A DNA stretch of 64,000 nucleotides from a virus, in the IMG/VR virus record IMGVR_UViG_3300030107_005430, positions 32,001 through 96,000 of that record. The stretch is one strand, 5' to 3'. The position numbers and the translations under genes were made by a program. Below are positions 18,629 through 29,140 of this stretch, piece by piece (the first letter of the stretch is position 1; each line of letters starts with the position of its first letter). The notes under the pieces were generated by a model, which was given only the letters and a program-made list of their open reading frames with translations, searched no databases and was not told the DNA's origin.

Positions 18629-19455
18629 ACATTGTAATATTCATTTCCACCTTTATACAAATCTGTCCAGAAATTATCATATGACAACTGCCATTTTCTA
18701 ACATGTTCTGGATCTTCTGTGAGATGCCATGGTGTGTGATTTAAATTCTTTTCTATCCATTCTAATGAATGTATTATCTTTTTATCATTTTTCCCAACAA
18801 AACCAGCACAAACAACAAAAGTGCTTGACGATGCAATCAGAACATCACATTCAGTTAATGTAGAAAAATCTTTAAAATGATCTGGACTTCCCAATTCGAA
18901 GTTCAACCCGCGTTCTTTCAAATATTCTACAGTCCTCACATAACTCTCAAATGATTTATCATCTGTACAAACATAATAAAATGTATTATCAAACTCATCT
19001 TCTACAGTATTTATTGCAGTTCTGTAATACTCAGGACTGTGAATCTCTCTTCCATTATTTCCATCTCTTCCAAGAATATCATCACCACGAATATGTATCC
19101 CCACATTCGTTTTATCTTCTGGTAAGTTTCTCTTATACTTGTCATTTATTTGAATGAATTTTCTTGGATCTGTTTTAGTTACTTTCCAAAAAACATTATG
19201 AATAGAATTAGGACAAATACAATAATCTTTATCAGAATCTAAATGTAAATCTTCTAGTAAATCACTCCATATTATAGATGACTTTTCCGAATTACCACCA
19301 CTCTTTCTATTAACTAGATTTGAGAAAATGTCATGCCCTTCCCATCGAACACAAGATGCATCATTATTTGTAGTGAAAGATAATTGCATTAATGTGTTGT
19401 ATTGAAGGATTCTATTCCCAAATCTACCTCTAGTAATTTCATCTATTCTTATCAT
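18613..19455 (-). CDS. GT11 (alpha-1,2-fucosyltransferase-like) glycosyltransferase
   Basis: GRFGN, GIHIRGDD, YY..AI, TDD, DF..L..CD, SSTF. Confidence 0.85.
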   Translation of the reverse strand: MIRIDEITRGRFGNRILQYNTLMQLSFTTNNDASCVRWEGHDIFSNLVNRKSGGNSEKSSIIWSDLLEDLHLDSDKDYCICPNSIHNVFWKVTKTDPRKFIQINDKYKRNLPEDKTNVGIHIRGDDILGRDGNNGREIHSPEYYRTAINTVEDEFDNTFYYVCTDDKSFESYVRTVEYLKERGLNFELGSPDHFKDFSTLTECDVLIASSSTFVVCAGFVGKNDKKIIHSLEWIEKNLNHTPWHLTEDPEHVRKWQLSYDNFWTDLYKGGNEYYNVWRFV

Positions 19456-20215
19456 TGCTATAATTCCAAATCCAGTCTGGATTTATTTTTTCTAAAGTTA
19501 AAGTTTCTTCTGACCTACAACCTTCATGGTGCTTTATTCTTTCCTGAATACTACCTCCCAAAGTATGAGATCTCATTATAGAATAATGATGATCTTTTTC
19601 TCCCGACTTAAAATGATCAGAGAGTTTTCCATAATGTAAAATGCCTGTTTCATGTGTAGTCTGATGAGGTTCTGGTACGTTGTATGGTTCCATAGGTAAA
19701 AGATGTTTATCTAAACGGTATTTATAGTCAAAACCATTTATCCATTTAAAAAGAGAACCTTTAATCGGACCATTATTAAAAGCATTCCAGTTTATATTCG
19801 TTCCTTCTTCCGTCCTAAAACTGTCAGTCCTATGATGAAATTCATCTCCCCACAATTGCACGAAGGGAAGTTTCCATAAATTGATAGAATCGTCTAAATC
19901 ATCTATAAACTCAGGCATATTTCTAAACGGAATCTCATCAGCGTCTAATGATAAAACATAATCTGGATTGTGGGGTTTGATCGCTTCAATTGCTATCATG
20001 TGCTGATGGCCATCACATCTAACTCTCCAATCATGTTCGATATTTTTGTGCCACTCAACTTTCTCATAACCTCTGCAAATTTCTTCTGTTCCATCTGTGC
20101 TTCCATCATCGACTATGATGATCTTTTCACAAAACTGATCAAGAGCAGAAAGCAACCTGTCTATAATTACTTCTTCATCTTTAACTCCTACTTTTGCGAT
20201 CACAGATTTTTTCAT
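19439..20215 (-). CDS. GT2 glycosyltransferase
   Basis: VKDEE, VDDGSTDGT, LDADE, ILHYG. Confidence 0.87.
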   Translation of the reverse strand: MKKSVIAKVGVKDEEVIIDRLLSALDQFCEKIIIVDDGSTDGTEEICRGYEKVEWHKNIEHDWRVRCDGHQHMIAIEAIKPHNPDYVLSLDADEIPFRNMPEFIDDLDDSINLWKLPFVQLWGDEFHHRTDSFRTEEGTNINWNAFNNGPIKGSLFKWINGFDYKYRLDKHLLPMEPYNVPEPHQTTHETGILHYGKLSDHFKSGEKDHHYSIMRSHTLGGSIQERIKHHEGCRSEETLTLEKINPDWIWNYSNDKNR

Positions 20216-20216
20216 T

Positions 20217-22778
20217 CTATCTCTCCATCAATTCATTCATGTTTATAAATTTACAACCTGCATCAATCAAATCTTGATTCTGCTCTTTTATATAATCAAA
20301 GAAATTCCAAGCCAATACTATGATAACATCTGGTAAATTTTCCTTACAATATTTTTTGTCTTTGATAGGAATATTAACGCAAGGGATAAACTTTTCATGT
20401 TTTAATGAATTATCTTCTACGACATATTCAATGTCATTACTGTCAATTCCAAAAAAGTTTAACGCAGTGGTTGCTTTCGCAGGAGCAGCATAACCAGCAA
20501 TTCTGTTATATTTCTTTTTTAAATCGTCTATATTTTTCCTAACATTCAACTTCATTTTATACACTTCTTCAGCAAATTGTTTATATGTGGAAAATTCTGT
20601 TACACCGTATTCCTTTTCATCTGATAGAAAATTTTCCACACTAGAATCTATGTCTGACTTACCATTTCTTTTTACATATACTCGAATAGAACCACCATGT
20701 GTATCAACGTATTCAACTTTATATACAGAAAGTCCCATATTATTAAAGAAATTGTTTATAGATGTTACAGACCAATAATTGGTATGTTCGTGATAAATGT
20801 TATCAAAGGTTAAATCCTTTAAAGTAGATAACAAGTATTGCACCTCAACAACAAACGCACCATCTTCATCTAAAAGATTAAAAGCATTTACCGCCATTTC
20901 ATATAATTTATCAGAGTGAGCAAACACATTTGATGCAGTTACTAAATCTGCCTTTCCATACTTGGAAATTAAATCATCAACTATATCTTTATCAAAATAT
21001 TCATTGTATGTCGGGATTCCATTTTCATTTGCTAAACTTGAAATGTTTTTAGCAGGATCAACTCCAAGAATTTTAATTCCTTTTTCTTTCAAAGGCTTCA
21101 ATCCAACACCATCATTACTGCCAACATCAACTACAAAACTATCTTCATTTAAATCAAACTCTTCAATTAACCTTTCAGAGGCTTCCTTGAAATGTTTAAC
21201 AAACTTTGAAGAGGTAGAAGAAACATAAAGATAATTTTCAAACATATCCTCTGGGGGGACCACAACCGACAATTGACAATTATTACACTTAGAACAATAG
21301 TTCATTTCTAATGGATATGTAATAACCTTTTCATCTTTTGAGTCAACAAGATTGTTTGCAAGAGGAGAAGATCCCAAAGATACACAACGATCAAGATGAA
21401 TATTACCACAAGAACGACAAGAAATTTTATATGTCTCTAGAAGTCTGTCTCTCATTTCATCGTCAACTAATTTGTAAGGAATGGTGTGTGTTATTCCATA
21501 ATTTTCGTGTTCTCTTTCTCCTCTGACTAAATTTAAAAACACAGAATCTTCCGTGAACACCATAGTATGTGCAACATTAGGTTTTATGATAGCAATATCA
21601 CCCTTATTGATAACTCTAGTTTCAATAGGTGCATTCGGAACAGACAAGTCTTTAATTACACTTATATATTGACCTTCAACTAAAAGACATTTTTGTTCTT
21701 GAATTGGATGGTAGTGATTTGCTCTTACGGTTCCTTTCTTGGAATCAATCATCCCAATCAAATTAATAGGTTCTGTTAATTCGTAATTAATGATTCTTCC
21801 ACGATCATCAACATATTCCTTACCACCTTTATCAATGTATTCTAAATCAGGATTAATATTTTTATCTGACCAATTCTCTATCATCTCTCGAATACAATCT
21901 TTAACATTATATCTAAATTCAAATCCTGTAGATAAGAGTTTGTCGTTAGAGATAGAATATCCAAGATTAGGAATTTCATCATCAGTTTCTATGATATTCA
22001 ATTTAGGATTTATATCCTTACACATTTCGGCAACTTCCTTTACCGTCATGTTTTCTTTGGATAGATGAAATATATCTCTACTGATATCCTTTTTTTCTGC
22101 CATAAATTTCATACATCTGGCGACATCCACAACTGGAACAACACTTTTCAGTTGAACACCTCCTGAAAATAATTTAATAGTTCCATTTAGAGACGATATC
22201 TTAGAAAACAAATTGGGCATGATATTTATTCGCATTGTATCTGATGAATAACCACATACACTTGCTAATCTTAAAATGACATAATTTTTATTTGATTCTA
22301 TTAAATCATTTTCTGATTGAAACTTTCCTTTAGCATAGGATAGAACCGGACATGGTTTTTCAGATTCATTTATGTTGAGTTTTGTTTCTTCAAATCCTTC
22401 AAATACAACATGAGTAGAAGGAAAAATTAATTTACAATCATCTTTGATGTTGTTGATAATGTTTCTTGTACCAACAATTGCAGTATCCTTAATTAACTTA
22501 TCTTGTTCTGGATTAGATTCAGTCTTAGTGTATGCAACATCTGTTATACCTGCAAGGTGGATTACAATGTCTGCATCAGAAACTATGTCCTTTATAGTTT
22601 CTTCTAGGATTGAACATTGAATAAAATTAATACCCCAATCTCGAAGTTGTTTTACTCTTCCAGAAACAAATCTAGCATCAACTGCAATGATATTATCAAA
22701 ACGTGATTGACCGGAATATAATTTACAAAGTTCTGTTCCAATATATCCCAATGCACCTGTAATTACAATTTTTTTCAT
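20217..22778 (-). CDS. Three-domain NDP-sugar enzyme: SDR reductase/epimerase + cupin ketoisomerase + C-methyltransferase
   Basis: ITGALGYIG...YAKGK; DDRG...RANHYH...AHTM; CRSCG...PLAN...CSKC...DVGSNDG...YHEH...HGGSIR...LAWNF. Confidence 0.88.
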   Translation of the reverse strand: MKKIVITGALGYIGTELCKLYSGQSRFDNIIAVDARFVSGRVKQLRDWGINFIQCSILEETIKDIVSDADIVIHLAGITDVAYTKTESNPEQDKLIKDTAIVGTRNIINNIKDDCKLIFPSTHVVFEGFEETKLNINESEKPCPVLSYAKGKFQSENDLIESNKNYVILRLASVCGYSSDTMRINIMPNLFSKISSLNGTIKLFSGGVQLKSVVPVVDVARCMKFMAEKKDISRDIFHLSKENMTVKEVAEMCKDINPKLNIIETDDEIPNLGYSISNDKLLSTGFEFRYNVKDCIREMIENWSDKNINPDLEYIDKGGKEYVDDRGRIINYELTEPINLIGMIDSKKGTVRANHYHPIQEQKCLLVEGQYISVIKDLSVPNAPIETRVINKGDIAIIKPNVAHTMVFTEDSVFLNLVRGEREHENYGITHTIPYKLVDDEMRDRLLETYKISCRSCGNIHLDRCVSLGSSPLANNLVDSKDEKVITYPLEMNYCSKCNNCQLSVVVPPEDMFENYLYVSSTSSKFVKHFKEASERLIEEFDLNEDSFVVDVGSNDGVGLKPLKEKGIKILGVDPAKNISSLANENGIPTYNEYFDKDIVDDLISKYGKADLVTASNVFAHSDKLYEMAVNAFNLLDEDGAFVVEVQYLLSTLKDLTFDNIYHEHTNYWSVTSINNFFNNMGLSVYKVEYVDTHGGSIRVYVKRNGKSDIDSSVENFLSDEKEYGVTEFSTYKQFAEEVYKMKLNVRKNIDDLKKKYNRIAGYAAPAKATTALNFFGIDSNDIEYVVEDNSLKHEKFIPCVNIPIKDKKYCKENLPDVIIVLAWNFFDYIKEQNQDLIDAGCKFINMNELMER

Positions 22779-23731
22779 ATTAAATGCCTCAACGAATCAA
22801 ATTCTTCAAATAATTTCACACCATATGTATTTTGAATTTCTTTCACTTCATTTCTCCAATCTTCTACAAATCGAATTCTAGTTTCTGGTTGAGGTTCTTC
22901 TTCTCTTTTTTTAACAACAAATCCATGTGTAAATTTACAATCTAAAAATTCATTTGAGCGAAACAATCCATGTGTTCCTCCCCATTTGTGATATGGAAGC
23001 CATGGTCTAGACAATAAGAAATGAACAAAATTAATTTCTTTCTTAAGAGTATTATAATCTTTTCGAATAAACTTGTCAAGATCTTTATTATCTGGAATGC
23101 TATTGAATTGATAATTCCAAGTCATGTCAAGATTTTTCAAATCGAAGATTCCATCACAACCAAGAAACTCAGAGTAATTATTATTCTTTCCCATTGCACA
23201 TAGAACTTGTTGATCGTGGACTCTTCCTCCATGCCATTGAATATATTCTGGAGTTGCCATCTTTTGATATGCTTTCATAAACTCTTCATTCAAATTCATA
23301 TCTACCATCTTTTCATTATTGAAAAGGATGACTCCAGAATTAAATTTATTTTCAATATCTCCTGCTCTAGCAGCAATCTCTAAATCGTCATTGAAAAATG
23401 ATGTGTCTATTTTTCTTATACAATAAACATCTGCATCTATAAAGATACTATATTTGTATCCCTTTTCATGTAGCATTTTAGGTCCAATGTGCCACCAGAA
23501 ACTATGAGAAGGCCACTGATCATTTATATAACCATTAATATCATCTTTAAGATCTACCTTTAAAGAACTAATTCCTAATCTTTCGAACTTCTCAACCCCC
23601 TCTTCTGATGCATCAGTAATTATCCACGGATCAAAATTTGAATTATACTTACACGCAATCAATAAAGCAGAGATCATGTTTGGAATATATCCTTCGTCTC
23701 CTGAGCAAAATATAGCAATCTTATCTTTCAT
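22775..23731 (-). CDS. GT8 glycosyltransferase
   Basis: FIDADV, FNSGVILFN, DQQVL, WNYQ, VHFL..RPW. Confidence 0.85.
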   Translation of the reverse strand: MKDKIAIFCSGDEGYIPNMISALLIACKYNSNFDPWIITDASEEGVEKFERLGISSLKVDLKDDINGYINDQWPSHSFWWHIGPKMLHEKGYKYSIFIDADVYCIRKIDTSFFNDDLEIAARAGDIENKFNSGVILFNNEKMVDMNLNEEFMKAYQKMATPEYIQWHGGRVHDQQVLCAMGKNNNYSEFLGCDGIFDLKNLDMTWNYQFNSIPDNKDLDKFIRKDYNTLKKEINFVHFLLSRPWLPYHKWGGTHGLFRSNEFLDCKFTHGFVVKKREEEPQPETRIRFVEDWRNEVKEIQNTYGVKLFEEFDSLRHLI

Positions 23732-24834
23732 TATAAAATCTCCATTACATCATTTTTATCAATTGTATATCTAACTAACTTTCCTTTATGGGTAAAATAG
23801 TTTTCATTTACATATAAAGCAAATTTATCATTCTCTTCTCTAAAAGTGCATACATGGGGTTGATGTAAATGTTTACCTGTATTTGCTTCAAAAATTCTTG
23901 CTTTCGTTTCCCAATTGATACCATCAGAAGAAATCATTACGGGTGTATGTTCGTCATGATAAGTTCTACGATTACCGTTAGGATCATGAATTTTATTAAT
24001 AAAGTGTGGTGGGAATGCGATATATTTGTCACCTAATGGATAGATACCAGAATAGTAAAAATTTTTCTTGATCTCTGTATCAAATTCTGGATTGTGTTTT
24101 ATTAATTTGGGTTTCGTCCAATTAATCAAATCTTTGGATCTACTATACATTATATTCCTACAACCCAATCCAATATTTGCTCTGAGATAAATTACATATT
24201 CATTGATGTTATGATCAAAGAAAATACTAGGCATCCAATCTAAACCCAATGTACCTAATTGTAGGTTCTCACACTCAGTGAGAATACTAAACACTGGTTT
24301 ATCGTGATACTCCTCCCAGTTTATTCCATCGGGGGAAACAAAAACATAAAGACCATTTGCGTGCCTTGGATGGTGAAAGTCATCTTTAAATATTAATTTT
24401 ACAGAATCAGGCCACACAGGATCAATAACCTTTACTACTTCTAAATCTTTACTAATTGGACAGTCTATTAAACTGGAGTATAATTTTTCTTGAAATTTTC
24501 CGGTTGCAGAAGAAGTGATCGCTACTGATCCTCTACCAACATGATAACCTCCAACTGCTTTGTATTTTTCTTCGGATGGTGTATTTGGATTATCATCAAC
24601 GAAAACTTTCCAGTTATGTACAGAGAGTGAGTTTCTGATGATAATATTGTCTTTTGGTTTATTGTAATTTTCACCATCCCAGATAGCATAAGCAATTTCA
24701 GTGGGTTCTGCTAGTTGCCAATAAATTTTATCTTCTACCACATGAGGATACGTTCCCGAAAGAATTCCCATTCTTTCTCTATCAGTTTCTCTGAAATTTA
24801 AAATTTCCTTATCTCTTTGAATATTCATTGTCAC
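23731..24834 (-). CDS. Beta-propeller glycoside hydrolase-like protein
   Basis: Repeated blade motifs SPDGINW, SKDLINW, SSDGINW (GH32/43/130-type). Confidence 0.65.
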   Translation of the reverse strand: MTMNIQRDKEILNFRETDRERMGILSGTYPHVVEDKIYWQLAEPTEIAYAIWDGENYNKPKDNIIIRNSLSVHNWKVFVDDNPNTPSEEKYKAVGGYHVGRGSVAITSSATGKFQEKLYSSLIDCPISKDLEVVKVIDPVWPDSVKLIFKDDFHHPRHANGLYVFVSPDGINWEEYHDKPVFSILTECENLQLGTLGLDWMPSIFFDHNINEYVIYLRANIGLGCRNIMYSRSKDLINWTKPKLIKHNPEFDTEIKKNFYYSGIYPLGDKYIAFPPHFINKIHDPNGNRRTYHDEHTPVMISSDGINWETKARIFEANTGKHLHQPHVCTFREENDKFALYVNENYFTHKGKLVRYTIDKNDVMEIL

Positions 24835-25663
24835 CCTTTACAAATTTTGCAAATAATGTATCGCATGATCCAACTTTAGATAACGCAGAAGAATAAGCAG
24901 CATTCAGTTCTTGATCATTAAGAAAATCATATTTCACCTGTCCGAGTGGTTTACTATCTTGAAGCCATACAATGTGATTTGAAAGCGGATATCTTTGAAT
25001 CTGTTTCACATAACCAACCTCTAATCCAGCCTTGTTCGCAATGCATTTTAAATTTTCTGAATTGAATGTATAAAGGTGTTCTTCATTTGCATTAAATATT
25101 TTAAAGTCTTCTGATTTATAAATTGTCAACAATGCATCATTTGCATTTGGTACTTCAATATAAATAGAACCACCCGGTTTTAATAGTGTTTTCAATTCTA
25201 TTAATTGTTGTATTGGATCTTCAATGTGTTCCAATACATGAAACATAACAATAGAGTCAAAAGAATCATTTTTCAAATCATCTATATCATGGAAAAATGG
25301 AATATTGTTTTTATCATAAACATTTTTTGCTTGGGAATCCAAATCAACACCAACTATTTTATTTACATACTTTTTAATTCCACAGCAAAAACTTCCTAAA
25401 CCGGAACCAAATTCTAATACATCCTTTTGTAATAATACTTCCTTTAACTGATCAATTCTTCTCTCTTCATCTAACAAACACTTGAGAGGATATGTCATGG
25501 TTGATTCTTCATAATATTTTTCCGACATGTGCTGAAATGAATCTAATTGTTCCAGACCACAACGGGAACATTTAAGTATGTTTACTTTTGGATTAGTTCT
25601 TGTACCTTCCTTTAATAATTTCAAATCATCAGAGGAACACAAATAGCAATTATTATTCTTCAT
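24809..25663 (-). CDS. Zn-ribbon + class I SAM methyltransferase
   Basis: CYLC...CSRCG, VLEFGSGLG, FHVLEHIEDP, LKPGG, EVPN. Confidence 0.88.
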   Translation of the reverse strand: MKNNNCYLCSSDDLKLLKEGTRTNPKVNILKCSRCGLEQLDSFQHMSEKYYEESTMTYPLKCLLDEERRIDQLKEVLLQKDVLEFGSGLGSFCCGIKKYVNKIVGVDLDSQAKNVYDKNNIPFFHDIDDLKNDSFDSIVMFHVLEHIEDPIQQLIELKTLLKPGGSIYIEVPNANDALLTIYKSEDFKIFNANEEHLYTFNSENLKCIANKAGLEVGYVKQIQRYPLSNHIVWLQDSKPLGQVKYDFLNDQELNAAYSSALSKVGSCDTLFAKFVKGDNEYSKR

Positions 25664-25664
25664 A

Positions 25665-26447
25665 CTATAATCTCTTAATTCTGTAAATAATTTCTGCGCC
25701 TGAACTTTCTGTTCTTGCGTAATAATTGTTTGATTCTTTCAACCACTTTAATAGTTTATCAACATTGTTGTTTGGTAGTCCAGCATCTCTTAATGCGTTC
25801 ACTAATCTTTTCTTAAAATCTTCTATTAAACCGTCTCCTGATGCCCAGTCGTGATGAATAGATCTCCATTCGAGAGAGAGTTTATTTTTGGAACAGAATT
25901 TTTTAAAATCCTCCACATCAAGAAAATGTAAATCAGTGAGAGACATCGGAACATCGAATAATAATGATAGGGTCATCCACACATATCCTCTAGGATTATA
26001 AAAGGCAGGACAACTGTTTATTATTAATCCATCATCCTTTAAAAACTTTTCAATAATTTGTGTAAGAGATGAAAATGGATTGTCAAAATGTTCCAAAGTT
26101 CCTTGCATAATAACAATATCAAATTTTTCATTGAAGTTTAAATTATGAGAATCATCACAAATAAATTCCAAGTTCTCTATATTTTGATATGAATTGTTTG
26201 CTTTATCTATTGATTCCTTTGAATAGTCACATGCAGTAACATTTTTTGCACCAGACTCTGCAATCATTGCTGCTAAGTCTCCCACCCCGCAACCAATTTC
26301 CAATACATTCATACCTGACCAATCAGAAATTTCTTTAAATATTTCAATTGATTCGATTATGGGTGGTACGGTAAAAAACTGTTCTTCAGCAGCATGTACA
26401 GAATCATATATCTTTTTTAAATCATAGTTAGTTTTATCTGCAATCAT
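25665..26447 (-). CDS. Class I SAM methyltransferase
   Basis: VLEIGCGVG, FDIVIMQGTLEHF. Confidence 0.88.
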   Translation of the reverse strand: MIADKTNYDLKKIYDSVHAAEEQFFTVPPIIESIEIFKEISDWSGMNVLEIGCGVGDLAAMIAESGAKNVTACDYSKESIDKANNSYQNIENLEFICDDSHNLNFNEKFDIVIMQGTLEHFDNPFSSLTQIIEKFLKDDGLIINSCPAFYNPRGYVWMTLSLLFDVPMSLTDLHFLDVEDFKKFCSKNKLSLEWRSIHHDWASGDGLIEDFKKRLVNALRDAGLPNNNVDKLLKWLKESNNYYARTESSGAEIIYRIKRL

Positions 26448-27088
26448 TCTGGTTTCCTTATTGTAACATTATAAAGTTCACTAGTCTCTTTGATATAATT
26501 TTCCATCAACTCTGTAGATCCATGTAATGTCGGTGTTCTTCTAACGCCGTCCTTAGTATATGGAGTGTCTCCATCTGTATACAAATATTTTAATGTGGGT
26601 TGAACTTCATCTACCGAATAATAGTAAGCCTTCTCCCCCACTTTAAAATTATCAAAACCAACCAATCCTATGGTATCATATTCTGGATTCTTAACGAAAA
26701 AGTTAAATGCTTGGATTCCTGTTGATGGATCAAAACCATATTTTGTTTTAATTTCCTCTATTGTAGTGGTTCCATAATCTGGAGTATATTTCATGTCAGG
26801 ATTACTAAACAACCTAACTATAATTGGATTCTCCATAATGTTATCATATGGTTTGATGTGTGTGTTTAACAAATGTTTAATTTGTATTTTTTCAAAAACG
26901 AACTGTTGATATGGATTTGGATCCCACATATTTGCAAACATCCAATCACAACGAGTCCCAATGTATTTTTCATATCCCTCTATTGGAGGGAAATTGCAAA
27001 AAGCAACCTCGTCAAAAGAATTCATAAATTCTCTTGTAGATTTTAAAACACCAATTCCCTTACCAACTATTACAACAGATTTACTCAC
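26444..27088 (-). CDS. GT29-like sialyltransferase
   Basis: Sialylmotif-L-like VVIVGKG...FDEVAFCNFPPIEGYEKYIGTR and sialylmotif-S-like PSTG...IGLVGFD, plus a downstream His. Confidence 0.75.
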   Translation of the reverse strand: MSKSVVIVGKGIGVLKSTREFMNSFDEVAFCNFPPIEGYEKYIGTRCDWMFANMWDPNPYQQFVFEKIQIKHLLNTHIKPYDNIMENPIIVRLFSNPDMKYTPDYGTTTIEEIKTKYGFDPSTGIQAFNFFVKNPEYDTIGLVGFDNFKVGEKAYYYSVDEVQPTLKYLYTDGDTPYTKDGVRRTPTLHGSTELMENYIKETSELYNVTIRKPE

Positions 27089-27870
27089 ACAAATGCTCCA
27101 TTTTGCATTGACTTTGGAATTATAGGATCGTCTTCTTCTAATTCTTGAATTCTAAAATCTGTATCAGGATCGAATGGATATTCCTTATTTTCAATAGCAT
27201 TCTCTAATAGTTCTTTATTTGCACAGAACCTATATCTAGGATGACTGTATGTGTGTAATTTATGAACCATTTCTTCTGGTGTCATACACCATGAAAAATG
27301 ACATCCCATATATTCCTCTGTCACTTTTCCGATATCTCTCCAATTGTATGGATACTTTACTGGTATTGCCCCATAGTATGTTGCAATTGGGGATATAAAA
27401 TCTTTATCTTTCCAAAGATAAGTTTTTTTATAAAAGAATTGTCTGAGTTTAAGTGCGACAATTCCATGTTTTTGGACTTCGGTTACAAGATAATCTATCT
27501 TATCTCCATAAATTATTTCATCAGCATCTATTGATATGATGATATCATCATCATTAAAATCATATAGTTTTGTAAAATAACTTCTCATCACTGGTTCATT
27601 TATATTGTGGATTGCATCCTCGTCCTCATATGCTCTTGCAGTTTCATTAAAAACTTCACATGAATGATAATCTAATTTATCACGAAGATGTTCTGGAATC
27701 CTATCCTTTAAATTTGTATATTCAAAATCTCTTTTCACTCCAGTGTGATTGATATCAAATTCACACACAATCATTTTCTCAATATGATCGTAACATTCAC
27801 TTAAATTCGCAACAATGAAATCAATTTCATGTGGTGCGTAACAATACGTTTTTAAATATATTTTACTCAT
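27085..27870 (-). CDS. GT17 (MGAT3-like) glycosyltransferase
   Basis: IVCE...HTG, IISIDADEI, LRQFFY, GCHFSWC..PE....KL..YSH; start at 27870 inferred from ATGA coupling. Confidence 0.8.
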   Translation of the reverse strand: MSKIYLKTYCYAPHEIDFIVANLSECYDHIEKMIVCEFDINHTGVKRDFEYTNLKDRIPEHLRDKLDYHSCEVFNETARAYEDEDAIHNINEPVMRSYFTKLYDFNDDDIIISIDADEIIYGDKIDYLVTEVQKHGIVALKLRQFFYKKTYLWKDKDFISPIATYYGAIPVKYPYNWRDIGKVTEEYMGCHFSWCMTPEEMVHKLHTYSHPRYRFCANKELLENAIENKEYPFDPDTDFRIQELEEDDPIIPKSMQNGAFV

Positions 27871-28508
27871 TGCATTACCCTCAATATAGATTCTCCTAAA
27901 ACCCAAGGTTGAATTATATCTTTACTTAAATCATATTCCTTTTCTTCGTAAAAATATTTTTCATCTCCCATTTCAAAATCTATAGAATCTTCCCAATATA
28001 GTTCTAAGACAAAACTAGATCGGAAGAAAGGATATAGTTTATTTAATTCGGGTATATCTAAAGTCCTATGAACTATATGTCTTCTTGGCCTTAGAATTAA
28101 TTTACCCTCAAAATCATTGAAAAAACACCACCACTTATGTCCATTAGGATCAGTTCGATCATTACCAGAAACTAAATTATCAATCAGTGCAGTGGGAACT
28201 TCTATATAACCAGACTTGGATATTCGTACAACTTCTTTCAAAAAAGGAATTGGTTCTTTAATATGTTCCAGAATATGACTCGTAAAGGAAAAGTCAAATT
28301 CATTATCCCCAAACGGAAAAGGTGTATCATTTAAGTCATGGACAACAAATTTCTTACCTTCAAATTTAGATGAATGATCATATAGATCAACTAGAACATC
28401 TGCGAACGGACATGCTCCAGCAGCACCACACCCTAAATCCACAACATTCAATTCGGGATTTACTTCCAAGTGATCTAAAACATCATACCTACTTCTTCTC
28501 TTAATCAT
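27867..28508 (-). CDS. Class I SAM methyltransferase
   Basis: VDLGCG, PFPFGDNEFDF..SHILEH, GYIEVP. Confidence 0.87.
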   Translation of the reverse strand: MIKRRSRYDVLDHLEVNPELNVVDLGCGAAGACPFADVLVDLYDHSSKFEGKKFVVHDLNDTPFPFGDNEFDFSFTSHILEHIKEPIPFLKEVVRISKSGYIEVPTALIDNLVSGNDRTDPNGHKWWCFFNDFEGKLILRPRRHIVHRTLDIPELNKLYPFFRSSFVLELYWEDSIDFEMGDEKYFYEEKEYDLSKDIIQPWVLGESILRVMQ

Positions 28509-29140
28509 GATTGTACCTCCATGATTGCATAATTAAATAAAGGATGCACAGTAGAATCTTTCTCATGGATTATTACCTCTGCATCTAAAACCTGCTTACA
28601 TCTTTCTATGAAATCATGATGATCGGAATCATCTATAACTATAAAACTTTTTTCTGATAATTTATTTTGAAGATGTAAAAATGAAATACTTCTTCCGTTT
28701 CCATTTGGACCATCCAAAACAACTAAATCTATGTTCTCTGGTAAATCATCAGATGTAATATCATAAAAAGAGTTTTTAACCCTGAAGTTATTTTTTTCAT
28801 ATTGACAATTTACAAATTTTTCTTTGTTATATGTTTTTGTTTCAAACATTTCTTCAAAATTTTCGTCGTTGCATTTGGTTATTTCAACGATATTCAAATT
28901 TAAAAAATCATGCGTCTTGGGGTATGAATATTCTTCATTGTGATCGAAAGAATGAATAGAGTAATTTAGATTTTTCTCTTGTCTGAGATCTACAAAAAAC
29001 TTAGTAGACTTACCAGAACCAAATTCTACTATTGTTTTGATACCATTCTCTATTATTATTTTTTCTAGATGTTTTAATTGTGATGAGTATAACCCCATTC
29101 CACCTAACCAATAACTTTCATAATTCATATCAATCTCCAC
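28505..29140 (-). CDS. O-methyltransferase-like protein
   Basis: IVEFGSGKST, DLVVLDGP, IVIDD. Confidence 0.8.
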   Translation of the reverse strand: MEIDMNYESYWLGGMGLYSSQLKHLEKIIIENGIKTIVEFGSGKSTKFFVDLRQEKNLNYSIHSFDHNEEYSYPKTHDFLNLNIVEITKCNDENFEEMFETKTYNKEKFVNCQYEKNNFRVKNSFYDITSDDLPENIDLVVLDGPNGNGRSISFLHLQNKLSEKSFIVIDDSDHHDFIERCKQVLDAEVIIHEKDSTVHPLFNYAIMEVQS

